Positions 50,654-58,996 of a stretch of DNA of 58,996 nucleotides are shown here, one piece after another. Below the pieces are notes generated by a model that searched no databases, was not told the origin of the DNA, and saw nothing but the letters and a program-made list of their open reading frames with translations. The stretch is from Streptosporangiaceae bacterium (lineage in GTDB: Bacteria; Actinomycetota; Actinomycetes; Streptosporangiales; Streptosporangiaceae): assembly GCA_036521155.1 (NCBI GenBank), contig DATDIH010000057.1, positions 1 to 58,996 on the forward strand, given 5' to 3'. Within the stretch, counting starts at the first letter, position 1. Each line of letters begins with the position of its first letter. The position numbers were made by a program, and so were the translations under genes.

Positions 50654-51570
50654 CGGCTGACCTCGATGACGACCTTGCCCTGGGCGTGCCCGTCTTCGAC
50701 CAGGCGCAGCGCCTGCGCGGCCTGGCCGAGCGGGAACGTGCTGGTCACGAACGGGTCCAGCGCCCCGCTGACCACCAGCTGGGCCACCGCGTCGAGGACC
50801 TCCTGGTTACGGGCCCGGGCCACGAACGTGCCGCCCAGCCGGGCCGTGGTGGCCCGGTCACCCGCGCTGACCAGCTTCGACCGGTCGGTGAGCAGGGGGG
50901 CCACCTCTTCCAGGGCCGGGCCGCCGGCCTGGTCGTAGATGCCGTCGATGCCCTGCGGGGCCGCGGCGCGGATCCGGTCGGCTACTCCCGGCCCGTACTC
51001 GACGTGGGTCACGCCCAGCGACTCGACGAAGGCCTTCTTGCCCGCGCTGGCGGTGCCGATCACGGTCAGCCCGTCGTGCCGCGCGATCTGGGCGGCGGCC
51101 ACCCCGACCCCGCCGCCGACCCCGGTGATCAGGAGGGTGGCGCCGGCGGGCAGGGCCAGCTGCCGGACGCCGTCGTAGGCGGTGGCGGCGGCGACCGGGA
51201 GGGTGGCGGCGTCGGTGAACGACAGCGCCCCCGGCTTGTGTGCGGTCACGCTCACCGGGAGCAGGGCGTACTCCGAGAACCCTCCGGCGTCGGTATTGCC
51301 GAACACCGCGTCACCCGGCACGAAGCCGGTCACGCCGTCCCCGAGGGCTTCGGCCACGCCGGACGCCTCGCGGCCGAACAGCACCGGAAAATGCTCGGGC
51401 GGGCTGTCCGGCGTGCGCATGGCCCCGGTCCGGCGTTTCCAGTCGGCCGGGTTGACCCCGGCTGCGTGCACCGCGATCAGCAGCTGGCCCGGCCCCGGTT
51501 CCGGCCGCGGCACGTCCGCGAACGACTCGACCTCCGGGCCGCCGTGACCGTTGTACACGTACGCCTTCAC
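50650..51570 (-). CDS. NADPH:quinone oxidoreductase (MDR/zeta-crystallin-like)
   Basis: 306 aa with a GroES-like N-terminus and the Rossmann motif LITGVGGGVG. GTG start with GGGAGG upstream. Confidence 0.85.
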   Translation of the reverse strand: MKAYVYNGHGGPEVESFADVPRPEPGPGQLLIAVHAAGVNPADWKRRTGAMRTPDSPPEHFPVLFGREASGVAEALGDGVTGFVPGDAVFGNTDAGGFSEYALLPVSVTAHKPGALSFTDAATLPVAAATAYDGVRQLALPAGATLLITGVGGGVGVAAAQIARHDGLTVIGTASAGKKAFVESLGVTHVEYGPGVADRIRAAAPQGIDGIYDQAGGPALEEVAPLLTDRSKLVSAGDRATTARLGGTFVARARNQEVLDAVAQLVVSGALDPFVTSTFPLGQAAQALRLVEDGHAQGKVVIEVSR

Positions 51571-51573
51571 AGT

Positions 51574-51607
51574 GCCTCCCTCATTGGGCCTCCCTCATTG
51601 GGCCTCC
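51574..51607. repeat. 14-bp tandem duplication (2.4 copies) covering the SD of the oxidoreductase gene
   Basis: GCCTCCCTCATTGG at 51574-87 and 51588-601, then GCCTCC. On the minus strand each unit reads CCAATGAGGGAGGC. Confidence 0.8.
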
Positions 51608-51722
51608 GTAGCAGGTAATCCCTACCGGAATAACGTGGTTTGGGTTTTAGTCTTAGTTATAGCTGGACTTCGAGGGACGGGAGCACGCCCTGAGCACCAC
51701 CGCACCGACCCAGAACCTCATC

Positions 51723-52931
51723 GTGTCCGTGGCCCTCGACGGCGCAGGCTGGCACCCCGCCGCCTGGCGCGAGCCCCGGGCCCGCCCGGCCGAGCTGCTG
51801 ACCGGCCGCTACTGGGCTGACCTGGCCGCCGAAGCCGAACGCGGGCTGCTGGACTTCCTCACCATCGAGGACGCGCTGAGCCTGCAGTCCAGCCGGTTCC
51901 GGTCCCCGGACGACCGGACCGATCAGGTGCGCGGGCGGCTGGACTCGGTGCTGATCGCGGCCCGGGTCGCGCCGCTGACCCGCCACGTGGGGCTGATCCC
52001 GACCGTGATCGTCACCCACACCGAGCCGTTCCACGCCTCCAAGGCCATCGCCACCCTGGACTACGTGAGCAGCGGGCGGGCCGGGGTCCGGGTCCGGGTC
52101 TCGGCCGCGCCGCACGAGGCCGCACACTTCGGCCGCCGCAGCTTCCCCCAGCTAAGCCTGCGCGACTACGACAACCCGGCCGTGCAGGAGCTGATCGGCG
52201 GCCTGTTCGACGAGGCCGCCGACTACGTCGAGGTGATGCGCCGGCTGTGGGACAGCTGGGAGGACGACGCCGAGATCCGCGACGTGGCCACCGGCCGGTT
52301 CGTCGACCGGGGCAAGCTGCACTACATCGACTTTGAGGGCGAGTACTTCAGCGTCAAGGGCCCATCGATCACACCCCGGCCGCCACAGGGCCAGCCGGTG
52401 GTCAGCGCGCTGGGCCACCGCACCGTGCCCTACGGCCTGATCGGCCGGTCGGCCGATGTCGGCTACGTGACCCCGCATGACCGTGACCAGGCAGCCACGA
52501 TCCTGGCCGAGATCCGGGCCGCGCAGGCCGCGGCCGGGCGCGCCGGCGAGACGGTGCCGGTGCTGGCCGACCTGGTCGTGTTCCTCGGCCCGGACGCGGC
52601 CGCGGCCCAGGGCCGCCGGGACCGGCTGGACGAGGTGGCCGGCCGGGAGTACACCAGCGACGCCCAGATCTTCGCGGGCACGGCCAGCCAGCTGGCCGAC
52701 CTGATGCTGGACTGGCGGACCGGCGGGCTGGCCGGGTTCCGGCTGCGCCCGGCGGTCATCCCCGACGACCTTGAGGCCGTCACCCGGGACCTGGTGCCCG
52801 AACTGCAGCGGCGCGGGGTGTTCCGTACTGGCTACGAGGCCAGCACGCTGCGCGGCCTGCTCGGTTTCGACCGCCCCGCCAACCGCTACGCCGCCGGGCC
52901 CGCCGGCCGGGCCGCCGCCGGGAGGAACTGA
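51723..52931 (+). CDS. LLM-class flavin-dependent oxidoreductase
   Basis: 402 aa with the N-terminus VALDGAGWHPAAWR typical of luciferase-like monooxygenases. Its stop overlaps the next ATG (TGATG). Confidence 0.8.
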   Translation: MSVALDGAGWHPAAWREPRARPAELLTGRYWADLAAEAERGLLDFLTIEDALSLQSSRFRSPDDRTDQVRGRLDSVLIAARVAPLTRHVGLIPTVIVTHTEPFHASKAIATLDYVSSGRAGVRVRVSAAPHEAAHFGRRSFPQLSLRDYDNPAVQELIGGLFDEAADYVEVMRRLWDSWEDDAEIRDVATGRFVDRGKLHYIDFEGEYFSVKGPSITPRPPQGQPVVSALGHRTVPYGLIGRSADVGYVTPHDRDQAATILAEIRAAQAAAGRAGETVPVLADLVVFLGPDAAAAQGRRDRLDEVAGREYTSDAQIFAGTASQLADLMLDWRTGGLAGFRLRPAVIPDDLEAVTRDLVPELQRRGVFRTGYEASTLRGLLGFDRPANRYAAGPAGRAAAGRN

Positions 52932-54319
52932 TGCCCAAACAGATCCACCTCGCCGCCCACTTCCCGGGCGTGAACAACACCACGGTGTGGAGCGACCCGC
53001 GGTCCGGCAGCCACATCGAGTTCAGCTCGTTCGCCCATCTGGCCCAGACCGCCGAGCGGGCCAAGTTCGACTTCCTGTTCCTGGCCGAGGGGCTGCGCCT
53101 GCGCGAGCAGGGCGGCCAGATCTACGACCTGGACGTGGTGGGCCGGCCGGACACGTTCACCGTGCTGGCCGCGCTGGCCGCGGTCACCGATCGGCTGGGC
53201 CTGGCCGGCACGATCAACTCCACCTTCAACGAGCCGTACGAGGTGGCCCGGCAGTTCGCCAGCCTGGACCATCTGTCCGGCGGCCGGGCCGCCTGGAACG
53301 TGGTCACCTCGTGGGACGCGTTCACCGGCGAGAACTTCCGCCGCGGCGGCTTCCTGCCGCAGGAGGACCGGTACGAGCGGGCCAAGACCTTCATGGGCAC
53401 GACCTGGGAGCTGTTCGACTCCTGGCGTGGCGACGAGATCGTGGCCGACCAGGAGTCCGGGGTGTTCCTGACCGACCCGGACCCGGGCCGGTTCGGGCAT
53501 CACGACCGGCATTTCGACATCGAAGGCCAGTTCAATGTGCCCCGCAGCCCGCAGGGGCGGCCGGTCATCTTCCAGGCCGGGGACTCCGAGGAGGGCCGCG
53601 AGTTCGCCGCCTCCAGTGCCGACGCGATCTTCAGCCGCCACGGCACCCTGGAGGACGGGCAGAAGTTCTACGCCGACGTCAAGGGCCGCCTGGCCAGGTA
53701 CGGGCGGACCCCGGACCAGCTGAAGATCCTGCCCGCGGCCACGTTCGTGCTCGGCGGCACCGACAAAGAGGCGGCCGAGATCGCCCGCGAGGTCCGCTAC
53801 CAGCAGGTCAGCGGGCAGACCGCGATCATGTTCGCCGAACAGCTGTGGAACCGCGACCTGTCCGGCTACGACCCGGACGGCCCGCTCCCGGACGTGGACC
53901 CGCTGCCGGGGGAGAACACCGTCGCCCGCGGCCGGGCCAGCGTGCGGATGCACCGCGACCCGCTGGCCGTCGCGGCCCAGTGGCGGGCCGTGGCCGCCGA
54001 GAAGAACCTGTCCCTGCGCGAGGTGGTCATTGAGGTCACCGGCCGGCAGACGTTCGTCGGCTCGGCGGCCACCGTCGCCGACGAGATCAACCACCTGGTC
54101 CAGGCCGACGCCAGCGACGGGTTCATCCTCGTCCCGCACATCACGCCGGGCGGGCTGGACGAGTTCGCCGACTCGGTGGTCCCGCTGCTGCAGGAGCGCG
54201 GGGTGTTCCGCACTGAGTACGAGGGCAGCACGCTGCGGTCACACCTGGGCCTGGATCCGCTACCCACCCCGGCCGCATCCCCGCCGGCCGCGTCCGCGAC
54301 GGCCGAGGCCCGCTCATGA
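52931..54319 (+). CDS. NtaA/SnaA/DszA-family FMN-dependent monooxygenase
   Basis: 462 aa. MPKQIHLAAHFPGVNNTTVWSDP and the length and organisation match the family. Confidence 0.85.
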   Translation: MPKQIHLAAHFPGVNNTTVWSDPRSGSHIEFSSFAHLAQTAERAKFDFLFLAEGLRLREQGGQIYDLDVVGRPDTFTVLAALAAVTDRLGLAGTINSTFNEPYEVARQFASLDHLSGGRAAWNVVTSWDAFTGENFRRGGFLPQEDRYERAKTFMGTTWELFDSWRGDEIVADQESGVFLTDPDPGRFGHHDRHFDIEGQFNVPRSPQGRPVIFQAGDSEEGREFAASSADAIFSRHGTLEDGQKFYADVKGRLARYGRTPDQLKILPAATFVLGGTDKEAAEIAREVRYQQVSGQTAIMFAEQLWNRDLSGYDPDGPLPDVDPLPGENTVARGRASVRMHRDPLAVAAQWRAVAAEKNLSLREVVIEVTGRQTFVGSAATVADEINHLVQADASDGFILVPHITPGGLDEFADSVVPLLQERGVFRTEYEGSTLRSHLGLDPLPTPAASPPAASATAEARS

Positions 54320-55434
54320 GCCCGGCCCCGCTCGCGGTCTTGGACCTGGTCCCGATCAGCACCGGGTCCTCGGCTCCCGAAGCCCTGCGCAACAGCATCG
54401 ATCTGGCCCGGCAGGCCGAACAGCTCGGCTACACCCGGTACTGGTTCGCCGAGCATCACCTCAACCCGGGGGTGGCCGGCACCTCGCCCGCCGTGGTGCT
54501 GGCCCTGACCGCCGGGGCCACCTCCACCATCCGGATCGGCTCGGGCGCCGTGCAGATGGGGCACCGGACCGCGCTGTCCACGGTGGAGGAGTTCGGCCTC
54601 ATCGACGCCCTGTATCCGGGCCGGCTCGACCTCGGCCTGGGCCGATCCGGCGGCCGGCCCCCCGGTGGTGCCGGGAGCAAGGCGGCGCCCAGTGAGGCCT
54701 ACCGCACGGAGAACGGGCTGCTGATCCCCAAGCGGGTGTCCCTGGCTCACCTGTTCAAATCGCCGCGCTTCGCCATGCAGAAGAAGCTGCTCCAGCTGCC
54801 CGAGGCCAAGTCGCAGGACTACACCGAGCAGGTGGGTGACGTGCTGGCCCTGCTAGGCGGCACCTACCGCACCGAAGACGGCGTCGAGGCGCACATCGTA
54901 CCCGGCGAAGGCGCCGACCTTCAGGTGTGGATCCTGGGCAGCAGCGGCGGCGAGAGCGCCCAGGTGGCCGGGGCCAACGGGCTCCGGTTCGCGGCCAACT
55001 ACCACGTCAGCCCGGCCACCGTGCTGGAGGCGGCCGACGGCTACCGGGCCGCGTTCGTGCCCAACGACGACCTGGCCCAGCCCTACGTGAGCGTGTCCGC
55101 CGACGTGGTGGTGGCCGACACCGAGGCCGCCGCCCGCGAGCTGGCGGCCGGCTACGGCGCCTGGGTCCGCAGCATCCGCACCGGCGCGGGCGCGATCCAG
55201 TTCCCGACCCCGGCCGAGGCCCGCGACATCCCGTGGACCGACGAGGACCGGGACCTGGTCACCGACCGGGTCGACACTCAGTTCACCGGCACCGCCAAGC
55301 AGGTCGCCGACCAGCTCGAGCAACTCCAGGAAGCCGCCGGCGCCGACGAGCTGATCATCACCACCATCACCCACGACCACGCCGACCGGGTCCGCTCCTA
55401 CCGCCTGCTGGCCGAGGAGTGGTCCCGCCGCTGA
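54316..55434 (+). CDS. LLM-class oxidoreductase (luciferase family group 1-like)
   Basis: 372 aa. The LAVLDLVPIS...ARQAEQLGYTRYWFAEHH motif is present. It is ATGA-coupled to the preceding gene. Confidence 0.8.
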   Translation: MSPAPLAVLDLVPISTGSSAPEALRNSIDLARQAEQLGYTRYWFAEHHLNPGVAGTSPAVVLALTAGATSTIRIGSGAVQMGHRTALSTVEEFGLIDALYPGRLDLGLGRSGGRPPGGAGSKAAPSEAYRTENGLLIPKRVSLAHLFKSPRFAMQKKLLQLPEAKSQDYTEQVGDVLALLGGTYRTEDGVEAHIVPGEGADLQVWILGSSGGESAQVAGANGLRFAANYHVSPATVLEAADGYRAAFVPNDDLAQPYVSVSADVVVADTEAAARELAAGYGAWVRSIRTGAGAIQFPTPAEARDIPWTDEDRDLVTDRVDTQFTGTAKQVADQLEQLQEAAGADELIITTITHDHADRVRSYRLLAEEWSRR

Positions 55435-55536
55435 CCCACATCCGGGCCGCGAGCCAGCGGGGCGCCCGCGCCCCGTGTGGCCACTGTGACCCGTGAGCAT
55501 CAGCCCGCCGCGCCGTCCCGGTCCCGTCGCCGTTGC

Positions 55537-55598
55537 AATGTACGCAATGGTCCCTCTGCGTACATAAGAGTGTCGGCAAAGGGACCATTGCGTACATT
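55537..55598. repeat. 19-bp perfect inverted repeat with a 24-nt spacer between convergent genes
   Basis: AATGTACGCAATGGTCCCT (55537-55) and AGGGACCATTGCGTACATT (55580-98). The loop contains a third TGCGTACAT copy. Confidence 0.8.
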
Positions 55599-55655
55599 CG
55601 GGTCGCGGAGCGGGCCACCATTGCCGATCAGCGCGGCGTTTTGGGGCCAGCGGGA

Positions 55656-56543
55656 TCAGGCGCCGCGGGACTCGGCCACGCGGCGCATCCAGTAGCGGAA
55701 CCAGTCGGCGCCGAACGGCACGTACACGCGTACTGGCACGCCTCGGCTCACCAGGTCGGCGAGCACGTCGGGCCGGACACCGAGCAGGTGCTCGATCGGA
55801 CGCGGGCCCAGGGCCAGCAGGAGCGCCTCGCGGAGCACGCCGTCGTGGGTGGCCAGCGCGAACGGTACGTCGTGCTCGGCCAGCCAGTGCGCGTAGCGCA
55901 GGAACGCCAGGTCGGTGGGTTCCCCGTAAGGCAGGGCCACCTCGGCCGGCTCGACGTAGGCGCCCTTTACCAGCCGGACGTGCACCCCCGCCGCGGCCAG
56001 TCGTTCCAGGTCGGACGGGGTGCGGTGGTAGTTCGCCTGCGCCGTGGCCCCCAACCGCCCGGCCAGCCCGCGCCCGGCCACCGTCTCGACGCAGCCGAGG
56101 ATGGCCTCGGCGCGGCCGTAATCCTCGGCTCCGACCTGCAGGCGGCGGCCGACCGGCAGTGCGCCCGCGATGGCGGCCAGCCGGTCGGCGCACCCGCCCG
56201 GGTCGGTGTCCAGGGCCAGGTGGCTCAGGTCCACCGCCAGCCAGGTGCCCGGCGGCAGGCTGCCCAGCTGGTCAGCCAGGGCCAGGTAACCGGCGGTGAC
56301 GCGGTCGGCCTCGGCCGGGTCCCGGACCAGCTCGCCGAACAGGTCCAGGCTGGCCGCGACGCCGTCCGCGGCCAGGTCCCGGGCCCGCTGGACCGCGGCC
56401 GCCGCGTCGGAGCCGGCCACGTACCGGGACGCTGCCCGCCAGGCCAGCCGCTCCCCGCGGGGGGCGCGGCGCACGGCCCGCTCCAGCCGTTCGCTGCTGG
56501 CCAGCCGGAACAAGATCGCGCGATCCACGGACATGATCGCCAT
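55656..56543 (-). CDS. Proline dehydrogenase (monofunctional PutA-like)
   Basis: LVKGAYVEP...VRVYVPFGADWFRYWMRRVAE is a typical C-terminus. The start is uncertain (ATG 56543 or 56534; the outermost is 56594). Confidence 0.8.
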   Translation of the reverse strand: MAIMSVDRAILFRLASSERLERAVRRAPRGERLAWRAASRYVAGSDAAAAVQRARDLAADGVAASLDLFGELVRDPAEADRVTAGYLALADQLGSLPPGTWLAVDLSHLALDTDPGGCADRLAAIAGALPVGRRLQVGAEDYGRAEAILGCVETVAGRGLAGRLGATAQANYHRTPSDLERLAAAGVHVRLVKGAYVEPAEVALPYGEPTDLAFLRYAHWLAEHDVPFALATHDGVLREALLLALGPRPIEHLLGVRPDVLADLVSRGVPVRVYVPFGADWFRYWMRRVAESRGA

Positions 56544-56603
56544 CCTGGCCGGCTGAGGTCCCGCGCGTAAGGCCGGGCACACGGCCGGGCGCACGGGCTC
56601 CCA

Positions 56604-57017
56604 CTAGGCGGCGGCCGGCTCGCTGGGAGCCAGCAGGGGCGAGGAGACCATGAAGTCAGCGCTGGCCCGGTTGCAGGCCACCGGGACATTCCACACCACG
56701 GCCACCCGCAGCAGGGCCTTGACGTCGGGGTCGTGCGGGTGGGGCGCGAGCGGATCCCACAGGAAGACCATCAGGTCGACCAGGCCCTCGGCGATACGGG
56801 CGCCGATCTGCTGGTCGCCGCCCAGCGGGCCGCTGAGCAGGCAGGTCACGGACAGGCCGAGCTCGTCGGCCAGCAGCCGGCCGGTGGTGGCGGTGGCGAC
56901 CAGTTCGTGCCGGGCCAGCGTGGCCCGGTTGTAGGCCGCCCATTCGAGCATGTCCTGTTTGCGGTTGTCGTGGGCGACCAGGGCAATGCGCCGGACGCCA
57001 GGCGATGAAGCCGTCAC
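56604..57017 (-). CDS. mgsA: Methylglyoxal synthase
   Basis: [18 protein letters not shown] and PHDPDV motifs are present. The GTG at 57017 lies 4 nt after AAGGGAG. The track ORF extends to 57074. Confidence 0.85.
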   Translation of the reverse strand: MTASSPGVRRIALVAHDNRKQDMLEWAAYNRATLARHELVATATTGRLLADELGLSVTCLLSGPLGGDQQIGARIAEGLVDLMVFLWDPLAPHPHDPDVKALLRVAVVWNVPVACNRASADFMVSSPLLAPSEPAAA

Positions 57018-57138
57018 GGGACTCCCTTCGGTCCGTCGGCAACGTGACGCTCCCCGGGCAGGGAGCACCAGCACCCAGGCTGCCCGGTAAGAACCGATGC
57101 GTCCAATGAGATTTTCCGACGTTATCGATGACGGACAA

Positions 57139-58173
57139 TCATGAGTCGTCGCCCGGGCGGAAGCGGGCGGGTACGTTCTCGCTGGTCACGAGGCCCGTCT
57201 CCGCCGTCAGCTCGTCGATCACGCCGAACGCGGTGGCGATGCGTTCCGGCCGGTCGATGACGCTCGTCACCGCGGGCACGTGCCGGGCCAGCTGGAGCAG
57301 CCGGTCACCGTGCGGAGCATGGTCGCCGTGGAACCCCCAGATACCCAGCTGCGTGGTCGCCCCGGACAGCCCGGCCGAGCGCAGCCGCCGGACGATGGCC
57401 CGGTGGATGGGCTGGCCGTCGGCCCGGGCCGCCTCCGACGTGTACACCATCAGCTTCTGCCACCGCGGCTCGCGGTCGCCCGCCGCGGCCCGGTCCGGTG
57501 GCGGGCACAGCAACTGGCCGTCGCGCTTGCAGACGACCACCTTCTCCACCGTGACCAGCGGCCGGGCCAGCAGCCCGCCCAGTTCCGGCAGGACCCGGGT
57601 GATCCGGCTCTCGGCCCCGACCGCGATGACCATCATCGGCACCTCGGCGTTGCGGCTGAAGAACAGCGCCCGCTCCCGGCGGCCGTGCGCGGTCCCGTCC
57701 ACCCCGAGCAGGGCGGTGGCCCCGTCGACGCCACGCCGGTGCAGCAGGTCGCACACGGCCACGAAGGCCGGCACCCGGTACACCCGTTCCTGCCGGCCCA
57801 GGTAGATGGTGACCTTGGCCGCCCCGCCGTTGCCCTCGGCCGCGTGGCCGTCCAGGTCGCCGGTCAGCAGCCGGGCCCGTTCCAGCGTGACCAGCCCGGA
57901 TCCGGTCAGCCGGATCGCTTCGGGAGCCAGCGCCTCGATCCGCGCCCGCCCGTCCACCGCGATCGCGGTCAGCGGCAGGTCCTCGGACAGGCTCAGCGAC
58001 AGGTCGGTACGCAGCCGGTGCTTGAGGCCGAACCCCTCGGCCCCGCGCAGCAGGATGCTCGCGGCCACCTCCTGCCGCCCGTACAGCCCGGCCAGCGCGT
58101 CGGCCACGAACTGGCCGCCGGACCGCTGCCGCTCACCGAAATAGCTGGTCAGCTTCAGCCCGTCGGTGATCAC
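57139..58173 (-). CDS. Triple-repeat DUF190 (UPF0166, PII-like) fusion protein
   Basis: 344 aa with three ~100-aa repeats. Each begins K(L/V)(T/M)xY and contains a G(A/V)xG(F/T/x)(G/H) segment. These are LKLTSYFGE...[18 protein letters not shown]...[11 protein letters not shown] and QKLMVYTSE...[10 protein letters not shown]. It is 4-nt-coupled to crcB. Confidence 0.75.
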   Translation of the reverse strand: MITDGLKLTSYFGERQRSGGQFVADALAGLYGRQEVAASILLRGAEGFGLKHRLRTDLSLSLSEDLPLTAIAVDGRARIEALAPEAIRLTGSGLVTLERARLLTGDLDGHAAEGNGGAAKVTIYLGRQERVYRVPAFVAVCDLLHRRGVDGATALLGVDGTAHGRRERALFFSRNAEVPMMVIAVGAESRITRVLPELGGLLARPLVTVEKVVVCKRDGQLLCPPPDRAAAGDREPRWQKLMVYTSEAARADGQPIHRAIVRRLRSAGLSGATTQLGIWGFHGDHAPHGDRLLQLARHVPAVTSVIDRPERIATAFGVIDELTAETGLVTSENVPARFRPGDDS

Positions 58174-58535
58174 AGCCGCCCTCCGATCCAGTTGCCGAGC
58201 GCGGCCGCGGCCACCCCGAGGACCAGGCTGACCACGACGTTGGCGCTGGCCCGGCCCAGTTCGCGGTCTTCGGCGAGGCGTTCGGTCTCGAACATCCAGG
58301 TCGAGAACGTGGTGTAGGAGCCGACCGCGGCCGTGCCCGCCAGCAGGGCCTGATCCTTACCCAGGGCCAGTCCGGTCAGGAAACCCAGGATCACCGCCCC
58401 GGACAGGTTGATGACCAGCGTGCCGAACGGGAAGTTCCACCCGGACCGGGACGCCACCCACCGGTCGACTCCGAAGCGCAGCACCGACCCGGCCCCGCCG
58501 ATGACCACCACCGCGGCCCACACCCAGACGCTCAT
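58170..58535 (-). CDS. crcB: Fluoride channel subunit CrcB/FluC (second of pair)
   Basis: 121 aa from the ATG at 58535, with 4 TM segments. GGAGSVLRF and [12 protein letters not shown] motifs are present. It is ATGA-coupled to the upstream crcB. Confidence 0.85.
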   Translation of the reverse strand: MSVWVWAAVVVIGGAGSVLRFGVDRWVASRSGWNFPFGTLVINLSGAVILGFLTGLALGKDQALLAGTAAVGSYTTFSTWMFETERLAEDRELGRASANVVVSLVLGVAAAALGNWIGGRL

Positions 58536-58942
58536 GCGCGCACCCGGACCCGGCGGACGATGGCGGTGGCCAGGTAGATGGCGGCATACCCGGCGACGAT
58601 GCTGGCCGCGGCGTAGGCCACGGCCAGGCCCCAGGCGCGGGCCTCGATCATCTTCAGGATCTCCACCTGCATGGTGGAAAACGTCGACAGGCCGCCGCAC
58701 AGCCCGGTCCCCAGCAGCGGGCGCCGGTAGCTGGACAGCGGCAGCCGCTCCTGCAGCCGGGTCACGAAGTACCCGAGCAGGAACGCGGCCACGATGTTGA
58801 CGGCGAACGTTGGCCAGGGCCAGGCCGTGGCCGGATGCGGGAAGGCCTCGGCCAGCCCGGCCCGCGCCAGCGTCCCGAGCGCCCCGCCCGCGAAGATCGC
58901 GCCGATCTCGCGCGCGTCAGACAATGCGCACGCTCCCTCCAC
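58532..58942 (-). CDS. crcB: Fluoride channel subunit CrcB/FluC (first of pair)
   Basis: [18 protein letters not shown] and GGLSTFSTM motifs are present. The start is either GTG 58942 or, more likely, TTG 58924 following GGAGGGAG. Confidence 0.85.
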   Translation of the reverse strand: MEGACALSDAREIGAIFAGGALGTLARAGLAEAFPHPATAWPWPTFAVNIVAAFLLGYFVTRLQERLPLSSYRRPLLGTGLCGGLSTFSTMQVEILKMIEARAWGLAVAYAAASIVAGYAAIYLATAIVRRVRVRA

Positions 58943-58996
58943 CTTTCGCTCGCGGAAGAAGCCATCAGCCGCGTGGACGGCGGTTCGGGAGCCAAT
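58943..58996 (-). ncRNA. Probable fluoride (crcB-motif) riboswitch, 3' part only (truncated by the window edge)
   Basis: The minus strand reads GGCUCCCGAACCGCCGUCCACGCGGCUGAUGGCUUCUUCCG. This resembles the conserved ...CC-AAAC-stem-loop-GGCUGAUGGCCUCUAC half of known fluoride riboswitches. It sits directly 5' of crcB. Confidence 0.45.

Overview
This is a high-GC actinobacterial chromosomal segment, mostly conserved core with one clear accessory insert.

**Core layout**
- 86-8043: Pup-proteasome locus, in the order M50 protease, trmI, arc/mpa, dop, pup, prcB, prcA.
- 8067-15059, minus strand: an ABC exporter pair, then a mycobacterial-style FAS-II block. The block reads fabD, a small lysine-less BCCP-like ORF, fabH, acpP, fabF/kasA, accD6-like.
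- 15238-20233: a plus-strand insert (PPOX, DUF427, a ~1150-aa secreted LamG/CBM protein). It separates fabD from its PucR-type (MabR/FasR-like) regulator.
- 21958-29934: yjbQ, serine hydrolase, carboxylesterase, aceE, DUF3052, ahpE and a Zn-ribbon ORF. The order resembles M. tuberculosis Rv2238c-Rv2247.

**Most interesting region (29963-38359)**
This accessory insert lies between ahpE and ppa and has AT-rich spacers. I read it as an FxSxx-COOH (Fxs) radical-SAM peptide system.
- It includes a 46-aa ORF absent from the supplied track (32045-32185, minus strand). It ends in GFQSSI-COOH and has a good SD.
- Alongside it are an FxsB-type radical SAM/SPASM enzyme, an NB-ARC+TPR FxsT-like protein, a second nSTAND1+TPR NTPase and an MFS exporter.

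**Right part of the window**
- ppa, an orphan receiver protein, a lipoprotein, and a His-tailed permease preceded by a CsoR/RcnR-like palindrome.
- A LysR/DMT pair, Usp, a tannase-family esterase, and a lower-GC membrane protein.
- An ECF sigma factor overlapped by an acyl-CoA synthetase ORF that has no timely stop codon.
- GNAT, a quinone oxidoreductase, three translationally coupled LLM monooxygenases, proline dehydrogenase and mgsA.
- A triple-DUF190 fusion and a crcB pair, with what looks like the 3' half of a fluoride riboswitch cut by the window edge.

I found no rRNA, tRNA, CRISPR array, transposase or integrase.
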